The position numbers and the translations under genes were made by a program. From Bacteroidales bacterium (GTDB lineage Bacteria; Bacteroidota; Bacteroidia; Bacteroidales; WCHB1-69), in contig JAEEKX010000041.1 of assembly GCA_016288655.1 (NCBI GenBank), positions 3,367-67,366 of the forward strand: a DNA stretch of 64,000 nt, given 5' to 3'. The notes beneath the pieces were generated by a model. It worked only from the letters and a program-made list of their open reading frames with translations, was not told the origin of the DNA and did not search any database. Shown piece after piece: positions 46,895 to 58,067 of this stretch (position 1 is its first letter; every line of letters starts with the position of its first letter).

Positions 46895-47722
46895 ATGAAC
46901 AAAATCGCCAAGGCCTTCAAGGCATTCGGGCTTATCTGTCGCCATCCCTACCTGCTCAACCACGTGCTCGACGACGAGCAGGTGCGGAAGCGGGAGGTGC
47001 TGAAGCACTACAACTTCCCGCAGGGGCTGCCCGTGGTTGATCTCGCCGACCTCTTTCCCGGATTTCATCAGGTGGTCGATCCCTACGCATACCTGTCCGG
47101 CGCGACCATGCCTACCGACATCGCCTTGCTGAAGTCGCTGGCGCAGAAGATCGGCGCCCGGAGTTACTTTGAGATCGGCACGTGGCGTGGCGAGAGTGTC
47201 GCCAACGTTGCCGCCGTGGTTCCTGAGTGCGTCACCCTTAACCTCTCGCGCGAGGAGATCATCGGCTTGACCGGGTCCACCGCCTACGCCGATCTGCACG
47301 GACTTTTCTCCCGCGACCTGTCCGGCGTGCGGCAGATTTACGGCAACTCCATGCAGTTCGATTTCTCCCCTTACGCCGGAAAGTTCGACTTGGTCTTCAT
47401 CGATGGCGATCACCACTACGAGGCGGTGCGCAACGACAGTGCGGCCGTGATGCCGCTGCTTCGCGACGAGCATGCCGTCATCGTGTGGCACGACTACGGC
47501 TACGATCCCGAGACGGTGCGCTGGAGCGTTTTCCAGGGAATCCTCGACGGACTGCCGGGCGAATGCCACCGTCGGCTGGTACACGTCGCCCACACCATGT
47601 GCGCGGTACTGCTGCCCGATGATATTCTTAAAACATTGAAAACAAAACCGTTAGGGGAGTTTGAACGCCCCAATCATTATTTCGAGGTGACTTTGGATGC
47701 CCGAGAAATGGAGCGAAAATAA
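46895..47722 (+). CDS. class I SAM-dependent methyltransferase (Methyltransf_24-like)
   Basis: YFEIGTWRGES (motif I-like) and FDLVFIDGDHHYEAV blocks. Confidence 0.65.
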   Translation: MNKIAKAFKAFGLICRHPYLLNHVLDDEQVRKREVLKHYNFPQGLPVVDLADLFPGFHQVVDPYAYLSGATMPTDIALLKSLAQKIGARSYFEIGTWRGESVANVAAVVPECVTLNLSREEIIGLTGSTAYADLHGLFSRDLSGVRQIYGNSMQFDFSPYAGKFDLVFIDGDHHYEAVRNDSAAVMPLLRDEHAVIVWHDYGYDPETVRWSVFQGILDGLPGECHRRLVHVAHTMCAVLLPDDILKTLKTKPLGEFERPNHYFEVTLDAREMERK

Positions 47723-47758
47723 TTTCGAAAAAAATGCTGCTATTTCGTAATTCCGTTG

Positions 47759-47766
47759 TATTTTTG
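47759..47766 (+). promoter_or_regulatory. candidate -7 box TATTTTTG for leuS
   Basis: TAnnTTTG 33 nt upstream of the leuS ATG. Confidence 0.45.
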
Positions 47767-47798
47767 CAGTTTCATTTTGACGTACTATTTTAAATACT

Positions 47799-50561
47799 AT
47801 GGATTACAATTTCAGAGAAGTCGAAAAGCGTTGGCAGCAGGCATGGCGTGACCAGAAGATCTACCATGTGGAAGAGGATGCCGGCAAACCCAAATTCTAT
47901 GTCCTTGACATGTTCCCGTACCCGTCGGGCGCGGGCTTGCACGTCGGGCATCCGCTCGGCTACATCGCCTCCGACATCTACGCCCGCTACAAGCGTCAGA
48001 AGGGATTCAACGTGCTGCACCCCATGGGCTATGATGCCTTCGGTCTGCCCGCCGAGCAGTACGCCATCCAGACGGGCCAGCACCCCGCCGTTACTACACG
48101 GCAGAACATCGCCCGTTACCGCGAGCAACTCGACAAACTCGGCTTCTCGTTCGACTGGGACCGCGAAGTGCGGACCGCCGATCCGAAATACTACAAGTGG
48201 ACCCAATGGGTCTTCATCCAACTCTTCAACCACTTCTATGACACGCAGTTGGAGAAGGCGCGGCCGGTGACCGAACTCACCGCCCATCTGGCGGCCCACG
48301 GCACAGACGGACTTCACGCTGCCCAGACGCAGCCGCTCGAGTTCACCGCCGCCGACTGGAATGCGTGGGACGAGAAAGGCCAGCAGGAGACCCTGCTCAA
48401 CTACCGTCTCGCCTATATTGCCGACACGTGGGTGAACTGGTGTCCGAAGTTGGGCACTGTGCTCGCCAACGACGAGGTGGTGAACGGAGTCTCCGAGCGT
48501 GGTGGCTTCCCTGTGGAGCGCAAGTTGATGAAACAGTGGATTTTACGAGTCTCCGCCTACGCCGAGCGACTGCTTCGCGGTTTGGAGACCGTGGAGTGGA
48601 GCGACTCCATCAAGGAGGTGCAGCGCAACTGGATCGGCCGGAGCGAGGGCGCCTTCATCCGCTTTCCCATCGTAGATAGCACCGAAACCCTCGACATCTT
48701 CACCACCCGTCCCGACACCATCTTCGGTGTCTCGTTCATGGTGATGTGTCCGGAACATGCTTTGATAGAGCAGATTACCACCCCCGACCGCAAGGAGGAG
48801 GTGGCGAAATACGTCACCTGGGCGCGAAACCGTTCCGAAACTGACCGGCAGACGGAGGTGCGCAAGGTGAGCGGCGTCTTCACCGGCGCCTACGCCATCA
48901 ACCCTTTCACCGAGGAGAAGATCCCGATCTGGGTGGCAGAATACGTATTGGCTGGCTACGGCACCGGCGGCATCATGGCGGTGCCTGCCCACGACAGCCG
49001 CGACTACGCCTTTGCCAAGCACTTCCAACTGCCTATCCGCGAGGTGATTGCGGGCGGCGACATCGAGAAAGAGGCCTTCGAGACCAAGGACGGCATCGTT
49101 GTCAACTCCGGCTTCATCAACGGGCTGAAGGTGAAGGAGGCGGGCAAGCGCATCATCGAGAAGGTGGTGGAGATGGGCATAGGTTACGGCACGGTGAACT
49201 ACCGTCTGCGCGACGCCATCTTCAGCCGTCAGCGCTACTGGGGCGAGCCGTTCCCGGTCTATTACAAGGACGGCGTGCCCTACATGATTCCCGAAGAGCA
49301 GTTGCCGTTGCTGCTGCCCGAGATCGACGAGTACAAGCCGACCGAGACGGGCGAGCCGCCGCTGGCCCGCGCCGCCAACTGGAAGACCCCCGAGGGCTAC
49401 CCCCGCGAATACAGCACCATGCCCGGTTTCGCCGGCTCCAGCGGCTACTACCTCCGCTATATGGACCCCCACAACGACAAGGAGTTCGTCTCCAAGGAGA
49501 AGAACCGCTACTGGGAGAACGTTGATCTCTACGTTGGCGGCTCCGAGCATGCCACCGGTCACCTCATCTACTCCCGTTTCTGGAACAAGTTCCTTTTCGA
49601 CCTCGGATTGGTCTGCAAGGACGAGCCATACAAGAAACTCATCAACCAGGGCATGATCCAGGGACGCACTAACTTCGTCTATCGTATCAACGGCACCAAT
49701 CGCTTCGTCTCCCTCAACCTGCGCGGGCAGTACGAGACCACCCCTATCCGCGTGGATGTCAATATGGTACACAACGACGTGCTCGACACCGATGCCTTCC
49801 GTGCTTGGCGCCCCGAGTACGCCGACGCCGAGTTTGTCCTGGAAGATGGCAAATACATCTGCGGCTGGGAGATTGAGAAGATGTCGAAGTCGAAATACAA
49901 CGTGCAAAATCCCGACGACTTGGTGGAGAAGTACGGTGCCGACACGTTGCGGCTGTACGAGATGTTCCTCGGCCCCATCGAATTGTCGAAGCCGTGGGAC
50001 ACCAACGGTATCGAAGGTGTCTTCCGTTTCATGAAGAAGTTGTGGAAACTATACCACGACGGCAACAACGAGTTCTGCGTCACCGACGAGGAGCCGACCC
50101 GCGGCGAGTACAAGTCGCTGCACAAGGCCATCAAGAAGGTGGAGGAGGACAACGAGCGTTTCTCTTTCAATACGGCGGTGAGCACGTTCATGATCGCGGT
50201 GAACGAGTTGACCGACCAGAAGTGCCACAAGCGGAAGATTGTGGAGCCGTTGGCCGTGTTGATCGCTGCCTACGCGCCGCACGTGGCCGAGGAGTTGTGG
50301 CACCTGCTGGGCAATACCGGCAGCGTTGTCGATGCCGCCTTCCCGAAGTTCGATGGCAGTTACCTTGTGGAGAACGAGGCAAAATATCCGGTCTCCTTCA
50401 ACGGCAAGGTGCGGTTGCAGCGCGTCTTCCCCGCCGACATGCAGCCGAAGGATGTCGAGGCGGCCATCCTCGCCGATCCCGATGTGCAGAAGTATCTCGA
50501 CGGCAAGACGCCCAAGAAGGTGATCGTGGTGCCGAAGAAGATCGTGAATATCGTGATGTAA
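47799..50561 (+). CDS. leuS: leucine--tRNA ligase
   Basis: [18 protein letters not shown] (HIGH) and KMSKSKYN, 920 aa. Confidence 0.97.
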   Translation: MDYNFREVEKRWQQAWRDQKIYHVEEDAGKPKFYVLDMFPYPSGAGLHVGHPLGYIASDIYARYKRQKGFNVLHPMGYDAFGLPAEQYAIQTGQHPAVTTRQNIARYREQLDKLGFSFDWDREVRTADPKYYKWTQWVFIQLFNHFYDTQLEKARPVTELTAHLAAHGTDGLHAAQTQPLEFTAADWNAWDEKGQQETLLNYRLAYIADTWVNWCPKLGTVLANDEVVNGVSERGGFPVERKLMKQWILRVSAYAERLLRGLETVEWSDSIKEVQRNWIGRSEGAFIRFPIVDSTETLDIFTTRPDTIFGVSFMVMCPEHALIEQITTPDRKEEVAKYVTWARNRSETDRQTEVRKVSGVFTGAYAINPFTEEKIPIWVAEYVLAGYGTGGIMAVPAHDSRDYAFAKHFQLPIREVIAGGDIEKEAFETKDGIVVNSGFINGLKVKEAGKRIIEKVVEMGIGYGTVNYRLRDAIFSRQRYWGEPFPVYYKDGVPYMIPEEQLPLLLPEIDEYKPTETGEPPLARAANWKTPEGYPREYSTMPGFAGSSGYYLRYMDPHNDKEFVSKEKNRYWENVDLYVGGSEHATGHLIYSRFWNKFLFDLGLVCKDEPYKKLINQGMIQGRTNFVYRINGTNRFVSLNLRGQYETTPIRVDVNMVHNDVLDTDAFRAWRPEYADAEFVLEDGKYICGWEIEKMSKSKYNVQNPDDLVEKYGADTLRLYEMFLGPIELSKPWDTNGIEGVFRFMKKLWKLYHDGNNEFCVTDEEPTRGEYKSLHKAIKKVEEDNERFSFNTAVSTFMIAVNELTDQKCHKRKIVEPLAVLIAAYAPHVAEELWHLLGNTGSVVDAAFPKFDGSYLVENEAKYPVSFNGKVRLQRVFPADMQPKDVEAAILADPDVQKYLDGKTPKKVIVVPKKIVNIVM

Positions 50562-50635
50562 GGTTGGCTTGCCAAAGAGAGGCGCTTTTGCCACTGCCTG
50601 CATGACGTTGGGTGTGGCGCCAGCTTCTTTCCCAA

Positions 50636-52618
50636 TTACTGGTATTCGTTGGTCTCATCCATATCTATCAGGATGTGGAGCAGGCGCCCCAACATGTTGT
50701 GGCCGTTCGGATTGATGCTCAGCCGGAAGACTATGCCATCTTCTTCCTCTTCTACCACTATTGAACTTTTCTCGTTGAACATGTTGTGCAACGCATCGAA
50801 GAGAATCTGGTCCTTCGGAGATAGAGGAATTAGATACTCTTCCTCCGTGAAGCCGAACAGATTCCCGAGATCTTCCGCCTTGAAGAAGCAGAGGTCGCCT
50901 GCATGAGAAAGCGCCTCCGTCTGCAGAGCGCTGGTCTCCTTCGCTTGCGCGGGATTGAGGTTGTCGAGGAAATCCTCCGATTTGCTGGCTATCAGGTAGT
51001 TGCCTTTGATGGCAATCACTACCTTCGTATAGCGGGTGGTGTCGTGGACCATTTCCCAATACACATCATCCTCATTCACAAAGGATCCTATGTTCCTGTC
51101 GTAATATTGGCAGTCTCCTGTTTCAGGATTCCACTCGATGCGTGCGTTGCATTCGTTCTGGTGTGTGATGATTTGTTGCTCCACTTTCAAAACCGTCATC
51201 CCATTCTTCTCGTATTTGTGAAGCAGTTGGCTGGTGTGGGTTGTGTGACTATATTTGGCGTCGTAGTCGGCATGTAATTTTTCGCATAGGGTGTTTCCCT
51301 CGTCGGCGCGGCCTTCGATGAAGACCGCGCTTTCGGGGAGGGTGTCCTCATACACAAGTTCATCAACCATCTCCACCGCCACTTCATTTAGTGTTGCCAT
51401 CTCCTTTTGCGCTTCATCGTATTCTTTTTGCGCTTCATCGTTCATGATTTCCAGCGCATTTTCCACTTTTTCGGGGCGGTCGGCTTTGCATACAAATACT
51501 CCCTTGTCGTTTTCGTCTGTGAAAAAGGCGAAAACAGGGGAAATGCCTATCTCTTCAATGGCGGATAGGAAGTCGCTGTCGGAATTCGGTCTATCGGGAT
51601 CACTATACTGTTCGCGGATATTTTGGAAGATGTCGGTTAGGAGATCGCCGTAGAAGGGCATGTTGATGAACCCGATGCAGTGGGAGTTGGGGGATGCGAA
51701 TTGGAGCATGTCGGCGGGAATGGGTGTCTGGGGCTTGATGGCTTGGCGCAAGCGCTCTACAGCATCCTTCTCGCCCACATACCGTGCGCAGCCGATGGCG
51801 CCCTCGGGCGTGAACTCCAAATGGTATTCCATGTCGGTGGCCATCGCAATCGGCTCTTTGTCGTGGAGCGAAAGCCCCAGTGCCTTTTCTGCCATCTCCC
51901 AGTATTCCTTCATTCTCATGAATCCGTCAAGACCTTTGGTGTGCGCTGCGAAAGTCTGGAAGTTGGCGTCTGTTTCGATGGCGCGCGGCGACTGGAGGCG
52001 TTTTTCCAACATGTCAACGATCGGCAGCATCGATTCCATGGCGAGTTGCTCATCTTCGCCCATCATAAAGCCCCTGTAGGCGTTCTTCAATCCGGCTGCG
52101 GAGAAGTCCCTGTAGAAAAACAGCAACTTGTCGCACAGAATAAGACCGTTCGCAACATTGTCCGTTTCCGTGTTCTTGATATAATAGTATTTGCGGCTGA
52201 ACTGCTTCTCCTTGTCGGCTATCGGGATGGCTTTGAGATGGATTTTGCTGATCGCTTTTTTGAAACTGTTCACGTTGGCGATGGGGATGAACACTTGCAT
52301 GGTGGAATCCTGCGTAGAGACGAAGACCCAGTCGGATTGGAAGTCGAGGCCGCACTTGGCGTCGCCGTTGGCCCAACTTTGCAGGAGCGGATAGAATCCC
52401 TGCTGCTCCATTTTCTTCTTTACGACAGGTCGTTTCAGCCATTGTGGCAACTCCATCCATTGACTCACTTTTTGAGGGGAGACGGATACGACAAAGACAT
52501 CTTTGTCGGTAACGTAAGCCAGAGGGGAGTCGGACGGCGAGGCCATCTCTTTTTGTTGTGCAAATGCGTTCAGTATCATGCAAATGCACAAAGCGAAAAT
52601 CAGAAGAGATCTTTTCAT
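50636..52618 (-). CDS. hypothetical exported protein, 660 aa
   Basis: Signal peptide MKRSLLIFALCICMILNAFAQ. By eye its GC is lower than the flanking genes. No confident family. Contains the in-frame duplicated EAQKEYD/EAQKE. Confidence 0.6.
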   Translation of the reverse strand: MKRSLLIFALCICMILNAFAQQKEMASPSDSPLAYVTDKDVFVVSVSPQKVSQWMELPQWLKRPVVKKKMEQQGFYPLLQSWANGDAKCGLDFQSDWVFVSTQDSTMQVFIPIANVNSFKKAISKIHLKAIPIADKEKQFSRKYYYIKNTETDNVANGLILCDKLLFFYRDFSAAGLKNAYRGFMMGEDEQLAMESMLPIVDMLEKRLQSPRAIETDANFQTFAAHTKGLDGFMRMKEYWEMAEKALGLSLHDKEPIAMATDMEYHLEFTPEGAIGCARYVGEKDAVERLRQAIKPQTPIPADMLQFASPNSHCIGFINMPFYGDLLTDIFQNIREQYSDPDRPNSDSDFLSAIEEIGISPVFAFFTDENDKGVFVCKADRPEKVENALEIMNDEAQKEYDEAQKEMATLNEVAVEMVDELVYEDTLPESAVFIEGRADEGNTLCEKLHADYDAKYSHTTHTSQLLHKYEKNGMTVLKVEQQIITHQNECNARIEWNPETGDCQYYDRNIGSFVNEDDVYWEMVHDTTRYTKVVIAIKGNYLIASKSEDFLDNLNPAQAKETSALQTEALSHAGDLCFFKAEDLGNLFGFTEEEYLIPLSPKDQILFDALHNMFNEKSSIVVEEEEDGIVFRLSINPNGHNMLGRLLHILIDMDETNEYQ

Positions 52619-52979
52619 GGTAGGTGATATTGGGGACTTCTTTTTTACTTCTTCACGTTGCCGCCGACCTGGGTGCGAAATCCGTTAAACATCAAGGTGA
52701 GCAAACAACGCGGCAAATTAAAACATATTTTTATACATAGGATGCAAAACTTTCAAAAGGTTGCAGCTTGTTGAATTTTTTTGTTTATTTTTTGTTCAAT
52801 TTGTGGATATATTTGCCTGTAATTAACTAATAATCAGTTGAAAATAATTAGAGGACCCTTACAGAAAATTCCGAATCACTTGACGGGGAATACTGATCCG
52901 CGATTCTTCCCATTCTTTCCCAATCGATGGGTATGCCGGCGATTTTTCATCAATCGCTCCTTTTCCACCGTTGAACTTG

Positions 52980-53061
52980 TGCGGATGAGGGGAATCGAAC
53001 CCCTACTCCTTGCGGAACCAGATCCTAAGTCTGGCGCGTCTACCAATTCCGCCACAACCGC
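52980..53061 (-). tRNA. tRNA-Leu (anticodon UAG), class II with long variable arm
   Basis: The reverse complement folds as a cloverleaf: acceptor GCGGTTG/CATCCGC with one U5-U68 mismatch, anticodon stem CCAGA/TCTGG, loop CTTAGGA, variable hairpin TCC-GCAA-GGA, T arm AGGGG-TTCGATT-CCCCT. No encoded CCA. Confidence 0.9.
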
Positions 53062-53072
53062 AAATGACGGTG

Positions 53073-53080
53073 CAAAGATA
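53073..53080 (-). promoter_or_regulatory. candidate -7 box TATCTTTG (minus strand) for tRNA-Leu
   Basis: TAnnTTTG ending about 12 nt before the mature tRNA 5' end. Confidence 0.5.
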
Positions 53081-53127
53081 CAACTTTATTGGGAAAAAAC
53101 GGGCGTTCGTTATTCAAAAAAAAATCG

Positions 53128-53135
53128 TAACTTTG
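53128..53135 (+). promoter_or_regulatory. candidate -7 box TAACTTTG for iorAB
   Basis: TAnnTTTG 84 nt upstream of the iorA ATG. Confidence 0.4.
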
Positions 53136-53218
53136 CCCCCGAAAGGGAAATTGTGTTTTGTGGGGTATTTTTATTGTCAAATCATTACTAATCAAATAAT
53201 TATATAAAAACAACCATT

Positions 53219-54823
53219 ATGGCTAAATCACTTTTGTTAGGAGTCGAGGCCGTTGCGCAGGGCGCACTCGACGCGGGTCTCTCCGGCGTCTATGCCTACC
53301 CGGGCACTCCCTCCACTGAAATCACCGAGTACATCCAGAACTCCAAACAGGCCGTGGAAGGCAACGTCCACCGCATCTGGGCGGGCAACGAGAAGACCGC
53401 CATGGAGTCGGCTGTCGGCATGTCGTACGCCGGCAAGCGCGCCATGGTCTGCATGAAGCATGTGGGCCTGAACGTCGCCGCCGACCCCTTCATGAACTCC
53501 TCCATCACCGGCGCCAACGGCGGCCTGGTGGTCGTGGTGGCCGACGACCCGTCGATGCACTCCTCGCAGGACGAGCAGGACTCCCGCTACTACGGCAAGT
53601 TCGCCCTTATCCCGGTCATGGAACCCTCCAACCAGCAGGAGGCCTACGACATGGTGTATGACGCTTTCGACCTTTCCGAGAAATATCATACCCCCGTCTT
53701 GCTGCGTGTGACCACCCGTCTGGCCCACAGCCGCGCCGGCGTCGAACGCCGCGCCGCCCGTCCGCAGAACGACCTCAACGTCTGTGACAACCCGAAGCAG
53801 TTCGTGCTCCTGCCCGCCAACGCCCGCAACCACTACCGCGCGCTGCTGGGCAAGCAGGCCGACTTCGAGAAGGAGTCGGAGAGCTCCAAGTACAACTTCT
53901 ACCAGGACGGTCCCGACAAGAAGTTGGGCATCATCGCCTCCGGTATCGGTTACAACTACGTGATGGAGAACTATGTGGGCACCACCTGTCCCTACCCCGT
54001 GCTGAAGATTTCGCAGTATCCCGCTCCTGCCAACCTCATTGGCAAGATGGTGGATGAGTGCGAGAGCGTGCTGGTGGTGGAAGAGGGCTATCCGCTGATT
54101 GAGGACCACCTCCGCGGCTTGCTCAACCGTACCGGCAACATCAAGGGCCGTATGGACGGCACCCTGCCGCGCGATGGCGAGCTCAACCCGAACCTTGTGG
54201 CCAAAGCTCTCGGCCTCCCCGAAAGCTACGGCTCACCCGTTCCCGACATCGTGGCACCGCGCCCGCCCGCGCTCTGCAACGGCTGTCCGCATATCGACAC
54301 CTACCTCGCCCTCAACGAGGCGATGAAAGAACACGGTCCCGGCAAGGTGTTCGCCGACATCGGATGCTACACCCTCGGCGCACTGCCGCCCTACAAGGCC
54401 ATCTACACCACCCTCGACATGGGCGCTTCCATCACCATGGCCAAGGGTGCCGCCGACTCCGGCATGAGTCCCGTGGTGGCCGTCATCGGCGACTCCACCT
54501 TCACCCACAGCGGCATGACCTCCCTGCTCGACTGCATCTACGAGAACACCCCCATCACGGTGATGATTCTCGACAACAGCACCACCGGCATGACCGGCGG
54601 TCAGGACAGCCATGCACTGGGTCGTATCGGCAGCATCTGCAAAGGTCTCGGCGTGGCCGAAGAGCACATCCGCATCATCACTCCGTTGAAAAACAACCAT
54701 GATGCCAACGTGCAGGTCATCAAGGAAGAATTGGCCTACCAAGGGGTTTCCGTCATCGTCCCCACCCGCGAGTGCATCCAGACCCTCAGCCGCAGAATGA
54801 AGGCACAGGCGAAGCAGAAATAA
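53219..54823 (+). CDS. iorA: indolepyruvate ferredoxin oxidoreductase subunit alpha
   Basis: LLLGVEAVAQGALDAGLSGVYAYPGTPSTEI N-terminus, TPP-binding GDSTFTHSG block, Cys motif CNGCPH. Confidence 0.85.
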   Translation: MAKSLLLGVEAVAQGALDAGLSGVYAYPGTPSTEITEYIQNSKQAVEGNVHRIWAGNEKTAMESAVGMSYAGKRAMVCMKHVGLNVAADPFMNSSITGANGGLVVVVADDPSMHSSQDEQDSRYYGKFALIPVMEPSNQQEAYDMVYDAFDLSEKYHTPVLLRVTTRLAHSRAGVERRAARPQNDLNVCDNPKQFVLLPANARNHYRALLGKQADFEKESESSKYNFYQDGPDKKLGIIASGIGYNYVMENYVGTTCPYPVLKISQYPAPANLIGKMVDECESVLVVEEGYPLIEDHLRGLLNRTGNIKGRMDGTLPRDGELNPNLVAKALGLPESYGSPVPDIVAPRPPALCNGCPHIDTYLALNEAMKEHGPGKVFADIGCYTLGALPPYKAIYTTLDMGASITMAKGAADSGMSPVVAVIGDSTFTHSGMTSLLDCIYENTPITVMILDNSTTGMTGGQDSHALGRIGSICKGLGVAEEHIRIITPLKNNHDANVQVIKEELAYQGVSVIVPTRECIQTLSRRMKAQAKQK

Positions 54824-54868
54824 CCCGCCGTTTTTCGAACCCATTACTAACCAGAAAAAACAAACACA

Positions 54869-55450
54869 ATGAAAATAGATATCATCTTAGCAGGTGTCGG
54901 CGGACAGGGCATTCTCTCCATCGCCTCCACCATCGGCGTTGCAGCCGTAAAGAAAGGCATGTACCTCAAGCAGGCCGAGGTGCACGGCATGAGCCAGCGC
55001 GGCGGCGACGTGCAGTCGCACTTCCGCCTCGCCGACCATGAGATCGCCTCCGACCTCATCCCCATGGGCAAGGCCGACATGATCATCTCCGTCGAGCCGA
55101 TGGAGTCGCTGCGCTACCTCCCGTGGCTGGCGAAGGGCGGCTGGGTCATCACCAACGACCAGCCCTTCATCAACATCCCCAACTATCCCGACGAGGCGGT
55201 GCTCAAGGCGGAACTCGACAAACTGCCCAACAAGGTCGTCATCAACGCCGACCAGATCGCCAAGGACCTCGGCAGCGCCCGCTCGGCCAACATGGTCATC
55301 CTCGGCGCCTCCACTCCCTTCCTCAAGATGGAGTACAAGGAGATCGAGGATGCGGTGCGCGAGACCTTCGCCCGCAAAGGCGAGGCCGTCGTCAACACCA
55401 ACCTCGCCTGCCTCAAAGCCGGTTACGACTTTGCCATGCAGAACAAGTGA
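54869..55450 (+). CDS. iorB: indolepyruvate oxidoreductase subunit beta
   Basis: IILAGVGGQGILSIA..QAEVHGMSQRGG (pyruvate:ferredoxin oxidoreductase gamma-like domain). Confidence 0.85.
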   Translation: MKIDIILAGVGGQGILSIASTIGVAAVKKGMYLKQAEVHGMSQRGGDVQSHFRLADHEIASDLIPMGKADMIISVEPMESLRYLPWLAKGGWVITNDQPFINIPNYPDEAVLKAELDKLPNKVVINADQIAKDLGSARSANMVILGASTPFLKMEYKEIEDAVRETFARKGEAVVNTNLACLKAGYDFAMQNK

Positions 55451-55463
55451 GGTAAGCTTTTCG

Positions 55464-55494
55464 GAAGTCCCCATGCCCACGGCAGGGGGACTTC
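55464..55494 (+). terminator. possible intrinsic terminator after iorB
   Basis: GAAGTCCCC-N13-GGGGACTTC, a 9-bp stem followed by the T-rich TGTCTTGTTT. Confidence 0.5.
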
Positions 55495-55529
55495 TGTCTT
55501 GTTTCAGACCATTAACCCAACCTTCATTC

Positions 55530-58067
55530 ATGGATAATTATTCAACCGAACTCAAACAGTTGCTGGAGGCCGCGGAGGCCGTCGCCCGCCAGTACCACTT
55601 CGCGCAGGTGAGTTGCGAGCACTTCCTGTATGCCCTCATCACCTACCCGGAAGAGAGTTATGCCAAGCAGTTGCTGGCCGGCTTCTCGTTCGATATGGAG
55701 CGTGCCGAGGAGGAACTGCGGCGCTGGTTCTCGGAAGCCGACGCCACCGCCGACGTTCCCGCCGACACGCCGCTTCCGCTCAACGCGCAGATGCAGAACT
55801 TCATGCGGGCCGCCGTGCTTCACGCCAAGGCGCTCTTCTCCCCGATTGTGGAACCGCAGCATGTGTTGCTCTGCATGCTCAAGCCCGGACCTACCGCCAA
55901 CGGCGTGCGCACCATGCTCAACCGTGCCGGCATCACCGCCGATGCCTTCATGAATCGGATGAAGGGTGGGGATTTGAAGAACCGGCTGCGCGACAACCCC
56001 GGCATGTCACTCCCCGGCGGGGACGACGAGGACGATGACTACGACGACCGTCGCATCGGCCAGGGGACGAAGGGCGGTAAGCGCAGCGCGACCCCCATGC
56101 TCGACAGTTTCGGCAAGAATCTGACCCGCTACGCAGAGGAGGGCAAACTCGATCCCATCGTGGGCCGCGAGCAGGAGTTGGAGCGCATCGCCCAGATTCT
56201 GCTGCGCCGCAAGAAGAATAATCCTGTGCTCATCGGCGATCCGGGCGTGGGCAAATCGACCCTCGCCGAAGGCCTCGCCCTGCGCATCAAGGAGGGCCGC
56301 GTGCCCCGCGCCTTGCTCAACAAGCGCATCGTCGCCCTCGACATGACCTCTCTGGTGGCCGGCACCAAGTACCGCGGACAGTTCGAGGAGCGCATGAAGA
56401 ACATTATTGCCGAACTGGAAAAGAACCCCGACATCATCCTCTTCATCGACGAGGTGCACACGCTTGTCGGTGCGGGCGGTTCTCCCGGCTCCCTCGACGC
56501 CTCCAACATGTTCAAGCCCGCCCTCGCCCGCGGCGAGATGCAGTGCATCGGCGCCACCACCCTCGACGAGTACCGCCAGTACATAGAGAAGGACGGCGCC
56601 CTCGAACGCCGGTTCCAGAAGATCATCCTCGAACCGACGACTCCCGAACAGACCATCACCATCTTACAGAATATCAAGGACCGTTACGAAGACCACCACA
56701 GTGTGCGTTACAGCGACGAGGCCATCAAGGCCTGCGTGCAACTGTCGAATCGCTACATCCCCGACCGCTGTCTGCCCGACAAGGCCATTGACGCGCTCGA
56801 CGAGGCCGGTGCCCGCGTACACATCCTCAACGTACACGTGCCCCCCGAATATTTGGAGGCGGAACAGGAGATCGAAAAGTTGCAGCAGGAGAAGAACCAG
56901 GCCATCGCCGACCGCCAGTACAACGAGGCCGCAGCTTTGCGCGACCGCATCAAGGAGGCGGAGGAACGCCTCGACGCCATCCGCAAGCAGTGGGACGACG
57001 GTGACATCGAGTCCCGCCCCGAAGTCACTGAGGAGAACGTCGCCGAGGTGGTCGCCATGATGACCGGCGTGCCCGTGCAGCGCATCGCCAAGAGTGAGAG
57101 CGAGAAACTGCTGCGCATGGGCGACGAACTCAAGGGCAAGGTCATCGGCCAGGACGAGGCCATTTTCAAGATCGCCAAGGCGATCCGCCGCAACCGTGCC
57201 GGACTCAAGGACCCCAACAAGCCCATCGGAACCTTCATCTTCCTCGGTCCCACCGGCGTGGGCAAGACCTATCTCGCCAAGGTGCTCGCCACCTACCTCT
57301 TCGACTCTCCCGATGCCATGGTGCGCATCGACATGAGCGAATACATGGAGAAGCATACCGTCTCCCGCCTCATCGGCGCGCCTCCCGGCTACGTCGGCTA
57401 CGAGGAGGGCGGACAACTCACCGAACGCATCCGCCGCAAGCCCTACTCCATCGTCCTGCTCGACGAGATTGAAAAGGCCCACCGCGATGTGTATAACGTT
57501 CTGCTACAGGTGTTTGATGACGGACAACTGACCGATGGAATGGGTCGCAAGGTCGATTTCAAGAACACCATCATCATCATGACCTCCAACGTCGGATCGC
57601 GCGAACTCAAGGACTTCGGACAGGACATGGGCTTCGCGACCTCCGCCACCCGCGCCGGCAAGGACAAGAAGGCACAGAAAATTCTCGAGAACGCCCTCAA
57701 GAACCAGTTCCCGCCCGAATTCCTCAATCGTATTGACGACACCATCTTCTTCAACAGTCTCGACCAGGAGGATCTCAAGAAGATCGTCAAGTTGGAGCTC
57801 AGGAAGTTGCTCGACCGTGTCGGCACCATGGGTCTCAACGTCACCATCACCGACGCCGCCACCGACTTCCTCGTACAGGAAAGTTGGGACAGCAATTACG
57901 GCGCCCGTCCGCTGAAACGCGCCATCCAAACCCATGTAGAGGACATTCTTTCTGAAGAGATCTTGATGAATGAAAATATTGAGAGTGAAACACTTATCGT
58001 TGATTATGACGACACGGTGGAGGATCTCGTCGTGAAGAAATCCGGCAAAATGATCGAAGAGAAATGA
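55530..58067 (+). CDS. clpC: ATP-dependent Clp protease ATP-binding subunit, ClpC type (AAA+ x2)
   Basis: Clp_N repeats, two Walker A motifs ([17 protein letters not shown]), [12 protein letters not shown]-like linker [25 protein letters not shown]. Start at MDNYSTEL (55530). Confidence 0.85.
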   Translation: MDNYSTELKQLLEAAEAVARQYHFAQVSCEHFLYALITYPEESYAKQLLAGFSFDMERAEEELRRWFSEADATADVPADTPLPLNAQMQNFMRAAVLHAKALFSPIVEPQHVLLCMLKPGPTANGVRTMLNRAGITADAFMNRMKGGDLKNRLRDNPGMSLPGGDDEDDDYDDRRIGQGTKGGKRSATPMLDSFGKNLTRYAEEGKLDPIVGREQELERIAQILLRRKKNNPVLIGDPGVGKSTLAEGLALRIKEGRVPRALLNKRIVALDMTSLVAGTKYRGQFEERMKNIIAELEKNPDIILFIDEVHTLVGAGGSPGSLDASNMFKPALARGEMQCIGATTLDEYRQYIEKDGALERRFQKIILEPTTPEQTITILQNIKDRYEDHHSVRYSDEAIKACVQLSNRYIPDRCLPDKAIDALDEAGARVHILNVHVPPEYLEAEQEIEKLQQEKNQAIADRQYNEAAALRDRIKEAEERLDAIRKQWDDGDIESRPEVTEENVAEVVAMMTGVPVQRIAKSESEKLLRMGDELKGKVIGQDEAIFKIAKAIRRNRAGLKDPNKPIGTFIFLGPTGVGKTYLAKVLATYLFDSPDAMVRIDMSEYMEKHTVSRLIGAPPGYVGYEEGGQLTERIRRKPYSIVLLDEIEKAHRDVYNVLLQVFDDGQLTDGMGRKVDFKNTIIIMTSNVGSRELKDFGQDMGFATSATRAGKDKKAQKILENALKNQFPPEFLNRIDDTIFFNSLDQEDLKKIVKLELRKLLDRVGTMGLNVTITDAATDFLVQESWDSNYGARPLKRAIQTHVEDILSEEILMNENIESETLIVDYDDTVEDLVVKKSGKMIEEK

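Noticed and set aside
52619-52979. Tiny ORFs in the spacer between the 660-aa gene and tRNA-Leu: the 15-aa MFNGFRTQVGGNVKK and the 24-aa MKNRRHTHRLGKNGKNRGSVFPVK, both on the minus strand.
   Set aside because: They are too short, have no ribosome-binding or promoter context I can support, and show no family resemblance. They are recorded only in case comparative data show conservation.
50636-53061. A genomic island or prophage integrated at tRNA-Leu.
   Set aside because: I found no integrase, excisionase, transposase, phage gene or duplicated tRNA 3' end within the window. Only a single orphan gene with somewhat lower GC is present, so I keep it as a low-interest note.
47723-53061. leuS near tRNA-Leu as a possible T-box or attenuation-type regulatory unit.
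   Set aside because: The leuS leader is only ~30 nt after its -7 box, with no specifier or antiterminator structure. The tRNA is on the opposite strand 2.4 kb away with its own promoter, and I recall T-boxes being largely confined to Firmicutes and a few related lineages, not Bacteroidota.
52838-53191. A 117-aa plus-strand ORF spanning the tRNA-Leu locus.
   Set aside because: It reads straight through a well-folding tRNA gene and AT-rich spacer, and has no coding-like codon bias.
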